A stretch of DNA of 64,000 nucleotides from Patescibacteria group bacterium (GTDB lineage Bacteria; Patescibacteriota; Minisyncoccia; UBA6257; UBA9933), in contig JBBTYQ010000001.1 of NCBI GenBank assembly GCA_038078555.1, positions 156,158-220,157 of the forward strand, in the 5' to 3' direction. The position numbers were made by a program, and so were the translations under genes. The notes beneath the pieces are model-generated. The model made no database searches. It saw nothing but the letters and a program-made list of their open reading frames with translations, and had not been told where the DNA came from. Each line of letters begins with the position of its first letter. The first letter of the stretch is position 1. Shown piece by piece: positions 37,118 through 46,895 of this stretch.

Positions 37118-37438
37118 ATGAACTATCAATTGCTCCTCGGCGTAATTCTTTCCATTATTTTAGTTTTTTTAATTTGGCGAAAGCCGGAATATGAAAATAT
37201 CGGTCTTAGCCAATACCGGAAAGAAATTAATTTTCTTAAAGAAAAGCGCAAGTACAAGATTATCAGTCTTTTGAGGGAAAAAAGTGAAATTACCAATAAC
37301 GATGTTGAAAAATTGCTGGATGTTTCCGATGCCACTGCCACTCGTTATCTTGATGAGCTTGAAGCAAAAGGCATAATTGAAGCTCTTGGAGAAACCCGAG
37401 GCATCAAATATCGTTTTAAAAAATCGGCTCATCGTTAA
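37118..37438 (+). CDS. membrane-anchored winged-helix DNA-binding protein
   Basis: N-terminal TM helix. [31 protein letters not shown] is HTH-like. Confidence 0.55.
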   Translation: MNYQLLLGVILSIILVFLIWRKPEYENIGLSQYRKEINFLKEKRKYKIISLLREKSEITNNDVEKLLDVSDATATRYLDELEAKGIIEALGETRGIKYRFKKSAHR

Positions 37439-37577
37439 ATCTTGGATGAGCCGATTTTTGTCTATATTTAACAAGGGTTTTTTAATTATCGGCTCACCTC
37501 GAAATTCAATAATTCATCAAAAAAAGATAAAAAAAAAGCCCGTTGCAGTCTAGATTAGACTGCAACGGGCTTGGCTC

Positions 37578-37943
37578 TTATTTATTGGGATGTTTATTTA
37601 AATAATTAATTGATTCTTGAGCAGAACTTTTTTTTGGAGTCAGGATATTAGGCGGTTTATTTATATTTTCAGAATTTACGGCGTTATCATACGCCTTGAA
37701 AATTGCTTTTTCCAAAACTTCTTTGGTTTGTTTGTTATTAGGGAAAAGAATATCTCTATTTAAACCTCTGGAGTCAATTCTTTGGGGCATAGCAAGATAT
37801 AGCTTATTTCCAATTTTAATAATTCTTATTCCGGTAATTCCTATCTGAATATTTCCTCCATTAATGGCAAAAGAGGCATATGCTATGCAATTGTCTCTGG
37901 TTGGCTTGGTGATTAAATGGATTCTTATGTTTGAAATTTCCAT
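37578..37943 (-). CDS. spoVG: SpoVG-family protein
   Basis: MEISNIRIHLI...AYASFAING...GIRIIKIGNKLYLAMPQR is collinear with SpoVG. GGAGG SD. Confidence 0.75.
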   Translation of the reverse strand: MEISNIRIHLITKPTRDNCIAYASFAINGGNIQIGITGIRIIKIGNKLYLAMPQRIDSRGLNRDILFPNNKQTKEVLEKAIFKAYDNAVNSENINKPPNILTPKKSSAQESINYLNKHPNK

Positions 37944-38092
37944 TTTATTCGCCTCCTCGTGATTTATAAGTTATAGGAATAACCACAGTTAAAACATCCC
38001 TTTTATTTATTAATGATGCAATGAGTTAAAGATCTAATTAAAGCATATTGTTTTTTATTTTTAGAGTCAAGTTTAGATGGTATAATGTTTAG

Positions 38093-38587
38093 ATGGTGGT
38101 CATTCTTCATAATATAAGAAGCTTGTATAATGTCGGCGCTATTTTTAGGACTGCGGACGCGGCAGGAATTGAAAAAATTTATTTATGCGGCATTACTCCT
38201 AAACCGATTGATGAATTAAGCCGGCCGCGAAGCCAATTAACTAAAGTTTCTTTAGGTGCGGAAAAATATATGAAATGGGAATATGTAAAAAACACTACTA
38301 GTCTGATTGATAAACTCAAAAAAGAAAAATACAAAATATTCGCTATTGAGCAAAGCAAAAAATCAATTCCGTACTATAAGAAGATAAAACGTAAAAACTT
38401 AAAAACTAAAAAATTAAAGATAGCATTGGTTTTGGGTGGTGAAATTAAAGGTTTGCCGCCGTCAATTCTGAACCGCGCGGATAAAATTTTGGAAATCCCG
38501 ATGAAAGGCAGGAAGGAATCGTTGAATGTAAGCGTAGCTTTCGGAATAGTTGTTTTTAATTTAGTTAATTTGTATAATAAAAATTAA
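38093..38587 (+). CDS. TrmH/SpoU-family RNA 2'-O-methyltransferase
   Basis: LHNIRSLYNVGAIFRTADAAG and C-terminal LNVSVAFGIVVF SPOUT motifs. Confidence 0.8.
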   Translation: MVVILHNIRSLYNVGAIFRTADAAGIEKIYLCGITPKPIDELSRPRSQLTKVSLGAEKYMKWEYVKNTTSLIDKLKKEKYKIFAIEQSKKSIPYYKKIKRKNLKTKKLKIALVLGGEIKGLPPSILNRADKILEIPMKGRKESLNVSVAFGIVVFNLVNLYNKN

Positions 38588-38588
38588 T

Positions 38589-39629
38589 ATGACAAAGATT
38601 GCAATCAACGGTTTTGGCAGAATCGGCCGGTTATTTTTTCGGCAGATTTTCGATGAAAAATCCGCCAGCCGGCGGATTGAAATTACCGCTGTTAATGATT
38701 TAGGCGACGCGGAAAACCTTGCTTATTTATTGAAATATGATTCGGTTTACCGAGCTTATCCCGGAGAAATATCTATTAAAAAATCAAGCGACAAAAATTA
38801 TCTTGTAATTAACGGCAAGGAAATTTTATTTTTGCAGGAAAAAGATCCGACTAAACTCCCCTGGAAAGATTTAGGCATTGATATTGTTGTTGAGTCAACC
38901 GGAGTATATGAATCATACGATAAAGCTAAAGCTCATCTGGAAGCCGGCGCTAAAAGAGTGGTAATGACCGCTCCGGCAAAAGATGCTGATGGCGAACTTG
39001 GACAGACCGTGCTGGTTGGTATAAATGAGGGTAATTTGAAAACTTGTAAAATTTCTTCCAATGCATCGTGTACAACTAATGCCGCTTCGCCGGTAATATC
39101 GGTATTAATGGAAAATCCCGGAATCGAAAAAGCGGTTTTAAATACGGTTCATGCTTATACTAATACTCAAACAATCGTGGATAGCTCGGTAAAGGGCTTG
39201 GATTTTCGGCGGGGCAGAGCCGGAGCGCAAAATATAATTCCCTCAAGCACCGGGGCGGCTCTTGCCGTATCCAGAGTTATAAAAGAACTGGAAAATAAGT
39301 TTGACGGCATTGCTATTAGAGTTCCTGCGGTGACTGGTTCAATTGCGGATATTACTTTTGTAAGCAAAAGAAAGACCTCGGTCGAAGAAATTAATAATAT
39401 CTTAAAAGAAGCGGCTAAGTCAGACCGTTGGCAGGGAATTTTAAAAGTAGTTGACGATCAGGTTGTTTCTTCTGATATAATCGGCGAGCCGTACGGCGCG
39501 ATTGTTGATTTAAAATTTACCAAAGTTATTGACGGCGATTTAGTAAAAGTGTTGAGCTGGTATGACAATGAATGGGGTTATGCGGCAATGCTCGTTAAAC
39601 ATGTTTTAAAAGTCGCGGAAAACCTGTAA
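38589..39629 (+). CDS. gap: glyceraldehyde-3-phosphate dehydrogenase
   Basis: INGFGRIGR, the active-site SNASCTTN, and WYDNEWGY. Confidence 0.95.
   Translation: MTKIAINGFGRIGRLFFRQIFDEKSASRRIEITAVNDLGDAENLAYLLKYDSVYRAYPGEISIKKSSDKNYLVINGKEILFLQEKDPTKLPWKDLGIDIVVESTGVYESYDKAKAHLEAGAKRVVMTAPAKDADGELGQTVLVGINEGNLKTCKISSNASCTTNAASPVISVLMENPGIEKAVLNTVHAYTNTQTIVDSSVKGLDFRRGRAGAQNIIPSSTGAALAVSRVIKELENKFDGIAIRVPAVTGSIADITFVSKRKTSVEEINNILKEAAKSDRWQGILKVVDDQVVSSDIIGEPYGAIVDLKFTKVIDGDLVKVLSWYDNEWGYAAMLVKHVLKVAENL
38659..38678 (+). repeat. GC-rich perfect hairpin inside gap coding sequence
   Basis: AATCCGCC-agcc-GGCGGATT, encoding the extra ...KSASRRI... segment. Confidence 0.65.
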
Positions 39630-39639
39630 AATAAAAATT

Positions 39640-39975
39640 ATGAACCAACAACTTCTTGATTACATAAAATATCAGCTTCAAGAGGGCATAAAGCCCGTTG
39701 ATATAAAAAATATTTTAGTTTCTAAAGGCTGGATAGATGAAGACGTAAGCGATGCGATGAATGTGGCAATCAGGCAGATGGGACTGCCTTCAAAAGAAGC
39801 CGGCGCGCCTTTAAGTAAAAATTCAGATAATTTTCCGCCCAAAAGCCATAAGTGGATTTTTATAATTCTTATTTTAATAATTATTTTAGTTGTTTCCGCG
39901 GGATTAATTTTCTTCTTGATTCCGGAAATTTTCTATTCATTTTTAGATTCTGTTTATCGGTCAATAGTTAGTTAA
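39640..39975 (+). CDS. hypothetical protein with C-terminal TM helix
   Basis: The ORF has a hydrophobic segment WIFIILILIIILVVSAGLIFFLI. No family was recognised. Confidence 0.5.
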   Translation: MNQQLLDYIKYQLQEGIKPVDIKNILVSKGWIDEDVSDAMNVAIRQMGLPSKEAGAPLSKNSDNFPPKSHKWIFIILILIIILVVSAGLIFFLIPEIFYSFLDSVYRSIVS

Positions 39976-40015
39976 TTTGCGTTAATTTGTAGAACCAAGT
40001 TATTTTATAAATTTT

Positions 40016-40909
40016 ATGATTAAATTGATTTTAATTATAGCTGGAATTTCACTTGCGTCTTCTGGTCTTTTTGCCGGCGCTGTTTCCAGTCTTTCCCCGA
40101 TTGATATTGCCATTACGCCGGACAACCCTTTTTATTTTTTCAAAAGCTGGAAAGAATCAGCTGAAACATTTTTCTCTTTTGGCGCGGAAAATAAGGCCAA
40201 GCAGTATCTTCATTTGGCGGAAATTCGGCTGGCTGAATATTCTAAATTGATGGATAAAGGCAAAATTGAATCCGCGGAACGCACTTTGCAAAAATATCAG
40301 GACCAGCTTAACCGAGCTCTTCAAAAGATCGAAGAGTTGAAACAGAAAGGCGAGGATATAAAAGATCTAAGCCAGCAAATTGAAGAAACCACTTCAAGAC
40401 ACATTGAAGCTTTGCAACAAAATCTGGAAAAAATCCCGGAAACCGGTAAAAAAAGTCTGGAAAACGCTATTGAAAATTCGCAAAAAGCGATAGAAAAAAT
40501 TTTTGAAAAAAATAATCAAAAGATTAATTCTGGTCCCTGTACTATATTAGGAGACAAAAGAGGATGCGCAAGAACTGATTTCAACCTTATTGAGCCAAAC
40601 GGCGGGGAAAAATTTTGTATGGGAGACGATATGAATATTAAATGGGAAGTTCCCAAGGAATATTTTGACGTAATTAATGTTACATTAAGAGGAGGAGGTG
40701 ATTATTTAAAAGAAATTAAGATAGGAAGCTTTCCTTCAAGTTATAATGAATCAGGAGAAATTAATGGAAAAGGAGATATGCTATGGAAAATTCCATTAGG
40801 AATTAACGAAAGTCAGGTTTATGAATTATGGATTAATGGAATTTATAGTGGTTCTTATGTTAATGATGTTAGCGATGGATTAATTTCAATAAGAAATTGT
40901 CAGGGATAA
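40016..40909 (+). CDS. secreted DUF5667-like protein
   Basis: Signal/TM N-terminus followed by PDNPFYFFKSWKE and a helical repeat region, as in CPR DUF5667 proteins. Confidence 0.55.
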   Translation: MIKLILIIAGISLASSGLFAGAVSSLSPIDIAITPDNPFYFFKSWKESAETFFSFGAENKAKQYLHLAEIRLAEYSKLMDKGKIESAERTLQKYQDQLNRALQKIEELKQKGEDIKDLSQQIEETTSRHIEALQQNLEKIPETGKKSLENAIENSQKAIEKIFEKNNQKINSGPCTILGDKRGCARTDFNLIEPNGGEKFCMGDDMNIKWEVPKEYFDVINVTLRGGGDYLKEIKIGSFPSSYNESGEINGKGDMLWKIPLGINESQVYELWINGIYSGSYVNDVSDGLISIRNCQG

Positions 40910-40995
40910 CAGGATTTTTTTAAATTTATTAATTTTAAATATTACCCCCCCCTCCTATCGGGGGAAATTTTTTAGCTTTATGTTATAATTTTTAA

Positions 40996-42045
40996 ATGGT
41001 GCGCTATTTTTATTTTGCAATTTTAATCGGTATTTTAGGCGGTTTATCCTTTGCCTTTTTTAATATTAATAGCCGGATTGTTAATTTGTCCAGCACGGCA
41101 GTTTCCTCCAGTTTACAGGCGAATTTAATTGCCACTCAATTTCAGGTTATCAGCCGAATTATAGATTTCAAAAAACAAGAGCCGATAACTTTGATATTTG
41201 TCGGAGATATTATGCTTGACCGAGGCGTGGCTAATCAAATAAAAAAGAACAGCGATTATTATTTCCCTTTTTTAAAAACCGCGGAAATTTTGCGCTCTGC
41301 TGATTTAACTTTCGGTAATTTAGAGGGTCCTATTTCAAGTAGCGGAAGAAATCAGGGCAGTATTTATTCATTCAGAGCCGAACCAAGCGTTGTTGAGGGT
41401 TTGAGATTTGCCGGCTTTGATGTTTTATCCGTTGCCAATAATCATATTATGGATTGGGGCAGGGAAGCGCTTGAAGATACAGTTGATATTTTAGAGGCAA
41501 ACGGCATAAAATCGATAGGCGCTGGAAAAAATTTTTTTGAAGCCAATAATTTTACGATAAAAGAAATAAAAGGAACAAAAGTCGCGTTTTTTGCCTTTAC
41601 CGATTTGTATCCAAAAAGCTTGGAAGCTGATGTTAATTCAGCCGGTATCAGCTCGTTTGACGCAGAAAGAGTTAAAAATGAAATTTGGCTTATAAAAAAT
41701 TTAAAAGTTGCGGATATTGTCGTTGTTTCATTCCATTGGGGCAAAGAATATGAGACGCGTTCAAATTCTTTTCAGCAGAAAATAGGCCGAGATTTAATAA
41801 ATAGCGGAGCCGATATAATTATCGGCCATCATCCTCACGTAGTTCAGGAAATTGAGCGTTATAAAAGCGGCTGGATTGCTTATAGTTTGGGCAATTTTGT
41901 TTTTGACCAGAATTTTTCCGATGGTACCAAAGAAGGCTTGGCGCTTTTTGCGGAAATAAGGGATAAAAAAATAATCTCTTTTAATCCGCTGGAAATAAAA
42001 ATAAACCCTTATTTTCAGCCGGAAATTGTTTCTAATCATCAATAA
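40996..42045 (+). CDS. CapA-family (poly-gamma-glutamate synthesis/metallophosphatase-like) protein
   Basis: FVGDIMLDRGV...FGNLEGPIS...VANNHIMDWG...SFHWGKEY...IIGHHPHVVQ. Confidence 0.8.
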   Translation: MVRYFYFAILIGILGGLSFAFFNINSRIVNLSSTAVSSSLQANLIATQFQVISRIIDFKKQEPITLIFVGDIMLDRGVANQIKKNSDYYFPFLKTAEILRSADLTFGNLEGPISSSGRNQGSIYSFRAEPSVVEGLRFAGFDVLSVANNHIMDWGREALEDTVDILEANGIKSIGAGKNFFEANNFTIKEIKGTKVAFFAFTDLYPKSLEADVNSAGISSFDAERVKNEIWLIKNLKVADIVVVSFHWGKEYETRSNSFQQKIGRDLINSGADIIIGHHPHVVQEIERYKSGWIAYSLGNFVFDQNFSDGTKEGLALFAEIRDKKIISFNPLEIKINPYFQPEIVSNHQ

Positions 42046-42095
42046 TATCGGCGGTAAATTTGATTTTTTAATTTATTTATGATAAAAATAAAATT

Positions 42096-42716
42096 ATGGA
42101 AGAAAACATGGATAATTTTGAATATATGACTTTAATACCAACAGTAATAGAAAAATCACAATACGGCGAACGGGCCTATGACATTTATTCCCGGCTTTTA
42201 AAAGATCGGATTATTTTTCTTGGCGGACCGGTTACCGATTCGGTGGCAAATAGCATTATTGCCCAATTGCTGTTTTTGGAGCACGAAGACCCTAAAAAAG
42301 ACATTACGCTTTACATTAACAGCCCGGGTGGAGTGGTAACTGCCGGACTCGCGATTTATGACACTATGCAACACATTAAGCCCGATGTCTCTACTATTTG
42401 CCTCGGCATGGCGGCATCTATGGGCGCAGTTCTTTTAACAGCCGGCAAGAAAGGCAAAAGGTTTATCTTGCCCAATTCCGAAGTTTTGCTCCATCAAGTA
42501 ATGGGCGAGGCCGGCGGTCAGGCAGTGGAAATCGAAATAACCGCTCGTCAGATTTTAAAAATCAAAGAAAGATTAAATCAGATTTTGGCTAAACACACCG
42601 GTCAGTCGCTTGCCAGAATTGAAAAAGACACTGACCGCGATTTTTATCTTTCGGCTACTGACGCTAAGGAATACGGCGTGATAGATGAAATCATAAAAGG
42701 AAAGAATAATAAATAA
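42096..42716 (+). CDS. clpP: ATP-dependent Clp protease proteolytic subunit
   Basis: [20 protein letters not shown]. The catalytic Ser lies in GMAASMGA, His in LLHQ, and Asp in DTDRDF. Confidence 0.95.
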   Translation: MEENMDNFEYMTLIPTVIEKSQYGERAYDIYSRLLKDRIIFLGGPVTDSVANSIIAQLLFLEHEDPKKDITLYINSPGGVVTAGLAIYDTMQHIKPDVSTICLGMAASMGAVLLTAGKKGKRFILPNSEVLLHQVMGEAGGQAVEIEITARQILKIKERLNQILAKHTGQSLARIEKDTDRDFYLSATDAKEYGVIDEIIKGKNNK

Positions 42717-42897
42717 AAAAAACCCCCCGCAAAGCGGGGGGTTTTTTAATTTAGATTTTTTCGCTGGCGGATTTTTAACAATCACAGTTAACAATAATTT
42801 ATTCGTTTGGTTTTATCGATAATCTAACATAAGCAGCCTAATATTTTTTTAGATAATTATTTGATTTAATCGGATAAAATTATTATAATTAACATTA

Positions 42898-43914
42898 ATG
42901 GCTAAAATTCATTTTTTTGAAATAGAAGACTGGGAAGCTGATTATGTTAAAAAACAGCTGCCTGGTTTTGAATTATTTTTCAGTAAGGAAAAATTAAACA
43001 AAGATAATTTGCCGCAAGACAAAAACGCCGATATTATCTCTGTTTTTGTCGGCTCGGAAGTCAAAAAAGAAGTTATTGACAGTCTGCCTGATCTCAAGTT
43101 AATAACAACGCGCTCCACAGGTTTTGACCATATAGATTTAAGCATTGTTAAAGAAAAAGGCATTAAAACTGCTTATGTGCCGGGCTATGGCGACAATACA
43201 GTGGCGGAATTCGCTTTTGGATTAATTTTAAGCCTGTCTCGAAAGATTTATGAAGCTTTTGATCGGTTAAAAGAATCCGGCCAGTTTTCTTTTGACGGAT
43301 TAAGAGGCTTTGACCTTAACGGAAAGACAATCGGCGTTGTTGGTACGGGCCGAATCGGCAAGCACAGTATAAAAATAGCCAAAGGATTTGGAATGAATGT
43401 TTTGGCTTATGATGCTTACCCGAGCGAAGAATTGTCCAAAGAACTTGATTTTAAATACGCGCCTTTTGAAGAATTACTATCGCAGTCAGATGTCATAACT
43501 CTTCATATTCCTTATAGCCAATCAACTCATCATATAATTAATAGCGATAGCATAAAGAAAATAAAAAAAGGGGCAATTTTGATAAACACCGCGCGCGGCG
43601 GCTTGGTTGAAACCGAAGCTTTGGTTAAAGCCTTAAATGACGGGATTTTAAGCGGTTACGGAGCCGATGTTTTGGAGGAAGAAGGGGTAATTAAAGATGA
43701 AAGAGCATTTTTGCTTTATGGTCATCCGGAGGAGCATAATTTAAAAACCGCTTTAGCTAACCATGTTTTAATTGATACGCCTAATGTTATTATTACGCCT
43801 CATAATGCATTTAACACAACCGAAGCACTTCAGCGTATTTTAAATACAGATGTTGAAAATATAAAAAGCTTCATTGAGAAAGGAGAAGTAAAATACCCGA
43901 TTCCAATGAAATAG
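42898..43914 (+). CDS. D-isomer-specific 2-hydroxyacid dehydrogenase (D-lactate dehydrogenase-like)
   Basis: GVVGTGRIGK NAD motif, LINTARGGLV, and the ITPHNAF catalytic His region. Confidence 0.85.
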   Translation: MAKIHFFEIEDWEADYVKKQLPGFELFFSKEKLNKDNLPQDKNADIISVFVGSEVKKEVIDSLPDLKLITTRSTGFDHIDLSIVKEKGIKTAYVPGYGDNTVAEFAFGLILSLSRKIYEAFDRLKESGQFSFDGLRGFDLNGKTIGVVGTGRIGKHSIKIAKGFGMNVLAYDAYPSEELSKELDFKYAPFEELLSQSDVITLHIPYSQSTHHIINSDSIKKIKKGAILINTARGGLVETEALVKALNDGILSGYGADVLEEEGVIKDERAFLLYGHPEEHNLKTALANHVLIDTPNVIITPHNAFNTTEALQRILNTDVENIKSFIEKGEVKYPIPMK

Positions 43915-43993
43915 TTTTTTAACTTAATTAGCTTCTTTGGTCTATTAAAGTTAAAAAATTAACAAGCTAACAAGCTGATAAACTAACAAGCTA

Positions 43994-44335
43994 ATGAAGT
44001 TAATCTCTTATCTTTTTAAACATTTTTTTTATCGTATCAAAGAATTTTTTCGCCATTGGTACATTAAAAGTTTTTTTATCTATTCAAATTTTGTGGTTTC
44101 TTTATTGGAGCGCTTGGATAGATTTTTTGCCTTAAAAATTACATTTCGCTTTATTTTTCAGCCGCTTTATTCCGATAGAAGCGTTATCGGCTATATATTA
44201 GGCTTTATTTTTCGGCTGGCGAGATTGATTATTGCGTCAATGGTTTATCTTTCGGTTATCTTAATCGCAGTTTTTTTATATTTAGTTTGGCTGACCATTC
44301 CGATTTATCTGATAATAAAAATTTTTATAGGTTGA
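43994..44335 (+). CDS. small membrane protein, first gene of the Clp-like operon
   Basis: Hydrophobic C-terminal helices. Its stop lies 7 nt before the next start. Confidence 0.5.
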   Translation: MKLISYLFKHFFYRIKEFFRHWYIKSFFIYSNFVVSLLERLDRFFALKITFRFIFQPLYSDRSVIGYILGFIFRLARLIIASMVYLSVILIAVFLYLVWLTIPIYLIIKIFIG

Positions 44336-44342
44336 GAATCAA

Positions 44343-46895
44343 ATGTTTGAATTAAAATTGCAAAATTTATATTTTGACGAACCGCGCCTTAAAATGGGGC
44401 ATTCTTCGCGTTTCTTCTCGCGGCTGATTATCTATTCTTTTTACGTGATTTTATTTGTTGGTGACATTACTTTTTTGCTTTCGAGCGCCCGGCAGTTATT
44501 TTTTGTCGGATTATTGATTTCTTTATTTTTAACCGACCGTTTGATTCACTTTGGCCAGGCGGAAAGATCATTAGTTGGTTTAATCCGTTATTTACCAAGG
44601 CTTAGCCGTCGAGGCAAATCATCCGATCCGGGTAGAATCAATGTTGCTAATTTTTTTACGCCGAAAAGTTTTTATATTTTAGAAAAATCTTTCGAAAAAG
44701 CTTTATTTTTAGGCGGAAATTTTCATCTTTATTTACTGGAAAATATTTTATCTCAAGCGGAAATTCAAAAGGGATTTTTGCGACTGGATGTTTCTTTGAA
44801 AGATGTTAATCAGAAGCTTAGAGAGTTTATAAAAGAAGCCGGAGATAAGAAATGCAACCCCTTAGAACTGTGGAGCAAATTAGACATGCTGGCAAAATCA
44901 GCTTTTGTTTTTGCTTTTTACAATAAAAATCGGTTTGTTGCTCCGTGGGATTTATTTTCCGCTTTGGCAAATATCGAAGATCCCTTAATTAGCCGCTTTT
45001 TTGGCATATTTGCAATTGACGCGTCTGATTTGGAAAAGACCATGATTTTTTCCCGATTCGACAAAAAAATTGATTTTTTTAGGAGAGCGCCGAAAGTGTT
45101 AGGCGGATTTGTCCGAAAACCGTTCCGATTGCGTCATCGGGTGATAAATCGGGCTTGGACCAGCCAGCCGACTCCTGTTCTCGATAAATATAGCGTTGAT
45201 TTTACTGATTTGGCGCGCGCTGGCGGTCTTGGTTTTTTGATCGGCCATCAACAAGAATATGATCGCTTAGTAGATGTTGTTTCAAGGCTTAGCAAACCCA
45301 ATGCCTTGCTTGTTGGCGATCCGGGCAGCGGTAAAGAGGCAATTGTTTCAGCCTTGGCTTTTGGAATTGTTAAAGACGAAGTGCCGGAAGCGATTTTCGA
45401 TAAGCGATTGGTTTCTTTGGAAATTGGCAATCTTATTTCCGGAGCGCCGCAAGAGGAAATTTCCAAAAGAATTAATAAAATTGTTGAGGAAATAATTTTA
45501 TCCGATAATATTATTCTTTATATTCCAGATATTCATAATTTGGTTAAAACATCAGGGCAAGGCCTTATGAGCGCGTCGGATATTTTAATGCCGATTATCA
45601 GTAATGATGCGTTTCCGGTAATCGGCGCCACATATTCCCGAGAATTTAAGCAATTTATAGAGCCCTTGAGCGATTTTTCCAATAATTTTGAAATAATCCG
45701 AGTAGAGGAAATTTCTGAAGAAGAAGCAATGAGAGTTTTGGTTTATGAAAGCTTGATTTTAGAAAAACAGTATAAAATAACTATAAGTTTTAAGGCAGTT
45801 AAACAAGCGGTAATTTTAGCTCATAAGCATTTTCATCAGAAGCTCTTGCCTTCAAGCGCTGAAGATATTTTAAAAGAATCTTTGACGAGCGCTTACAAAA
45901 ATGGAAATAAAATTTTGCGAGCCGATGATGTGACGGAAATTGCTCAGCGAAAAATCAATGTGCCTTTGCAGACGGCTGAAAAAGGCGAAGCGGAAAAACT
46001 TTTAAATCTTGAAGAATTTATTCATAAAAAATTTGTTGACCAAAAAGAGGCCGTCAGCGTAGTCTCTCGAGCCTTAAGAGAGTATCGCAGCGGCCTTTCA
46101 AGAAAATCCGGACCAATTGCCAGTTTTTTATTTGTCGGGCCGACCGGCGTAGGAAAGACAGAACTTTCTAAAATTTTGTCAGAAATTCAATTTGGTTCAG
46201 AATCTCAGATGGTTCGTTTTGATATGTCTGAATATCAGGCCAAAGAAAGCATTTTTAGGTTTATTGGTTCAGTTGACGGAAAGATTTCCGGCACTTTGAC
46301 CGAATCGGTGCTTAACAAGCCGTATTGTTTGATTTTGCTGGATGAGTTTGAAAAAGCCCATCCCGATATCTTGAATCTTTTTTTGGCAGTTTTTGATGAC
46401 GGCCGATTGACTGATTCCACGGGAAGAACTGTTAATTTTAATAATACTATTATAATTGCCACCTCAAACGCTCATTCCCATTTTATTAAAGAAAAAATCG
46501 AAGCCGGCGAAGCTATTGGAAAAATCAACGAAGAGCTAAAGAAAAAATTAACCGAGTATTTCCGGCCGGAACTGCTTAACCGGTTTTCCGGCATAATTGC
46601 TTTTAAAAATCTTTCGCCGGCGGATATTAAGGCAATTGCCGAATTTCAGCTGAAATCATTGGCAAAATCTGTCGAAGGAAGCCATGGCATCAGTCTTAAT
46701 TTTAATCAGGCGGTTATCGGGAGAATCGCCGAACTTGGTTATGATCCGGCTTTTGGCGCTCGGCCGCTTCGCGGCGTGATATCCGATAAAATTAAAAGCG
46801 TCATGGCAGAAAAAATTTTAAGAGGTGAAATTAATCGGGGCAATATCGTGGAGTTGAATTTAGAGAATAATGAGGTAAAATTCTTAATAAGATGA
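44343..46895 (+). CDS. membrane-anchored Clp/Hsp100-family AAA+ ATPase (degenerate D1, intact D2)
   Basis: N-terminal TM helices and Clp_N-like repeats. D1 has GDPGSGKEAIV / ILYIPDIH in place of GxPGVGKT / ILFIDEIH. D2 has the canonical GPTGVGKTEL and LILLDEFEKAH, plus GARPLRGVI. Confidence 0.8.
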   Translation: MFELKLQNLYFDEPRLKMGHSSRFFSRLIIYSFYVILFVGDITFLLSSARQLFFVGLLISLFLTDRLIHFGQAERSLVGLIRYLPRLSRRGKSSDPGRINVANFFTPKSFYILEKSFEKALFLGGNFHLYLLENILSQAEIQKGFLRLDVSLKDVNQKLREFIKEAGDKKCNPLELWSKLDMLAKSAFVFAFYNKNRFVAPWDLFSALANIEDPLISRFFGIFAIDASDLEKTMIFSRFDKKIDFFRRAPKVLGGFVRKPFRLRHRVINRAWTSQPTPVLDKYSVDFTDLARAGGLGFLIGHQQEYDRLVDVVSRLSKPNALLVGDPGSGKEAIVSALAFGIVKDEVPEAIFDKRLVSLEIGNLISGAPQEEISKRINKIVEEIILSDNIILYIPDIHNLVKTSGQGLMSASDILMPIISNDAFPVIGATYSREFKQFIEPLSDFSNNFEIIRVEEISEEEAMRVLVYESLILEKQYKITISFKAVKQAVILAHKHFHQKLLPSSAEDILKESLTSAYKNGNKILRADDVTEIAQRKINVPLQTAEKGEAEKLLNLEEFIHKKFVDQKEAVSVVSRALREYRSGLSRKSGPIASFLFVGPTGVGKTELSKILSEIQFGSESQMVRFDMSEYQAKESIFRFIGSVDGKISGTLTESVLNKPYCLILLDEFEKAHPDILNLFLAVFDDGRLTDSTGRTVNFNNTIIIATSNAHSHFIKEKIEAGEAIGKINEELKKKLTEYFRPELLNRFSGIIAFKNLSPADIKAIAEFQLKSLAKSVEGSHGISLNFNQAVIGRIAELGYDPAFGARPLRGVISDKIKSVMAEKILRGEINRGNIVELNLENNEVKFLIR

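Noticed and set aside
40945-40952. C8 homopolymer tract as a possible phase-variation switch.
   Set aside because: It lies downstream of a stop codon. It pairs with the following GGGGG as part of a terminator-like hairpin. It is not in a CDS or promoter spacer.
43961-43993. AACAAGCT(A) repeated three times. Checked as a possible CRISPR or mini-array.
   Set aside because: There are only three 8-9-nt units with 0-8-nt gaps, directly abutting a start codon, and no cas genes. At most it is a regulator-binding direct repeat. It is mentioned under the Clp-operon finding.
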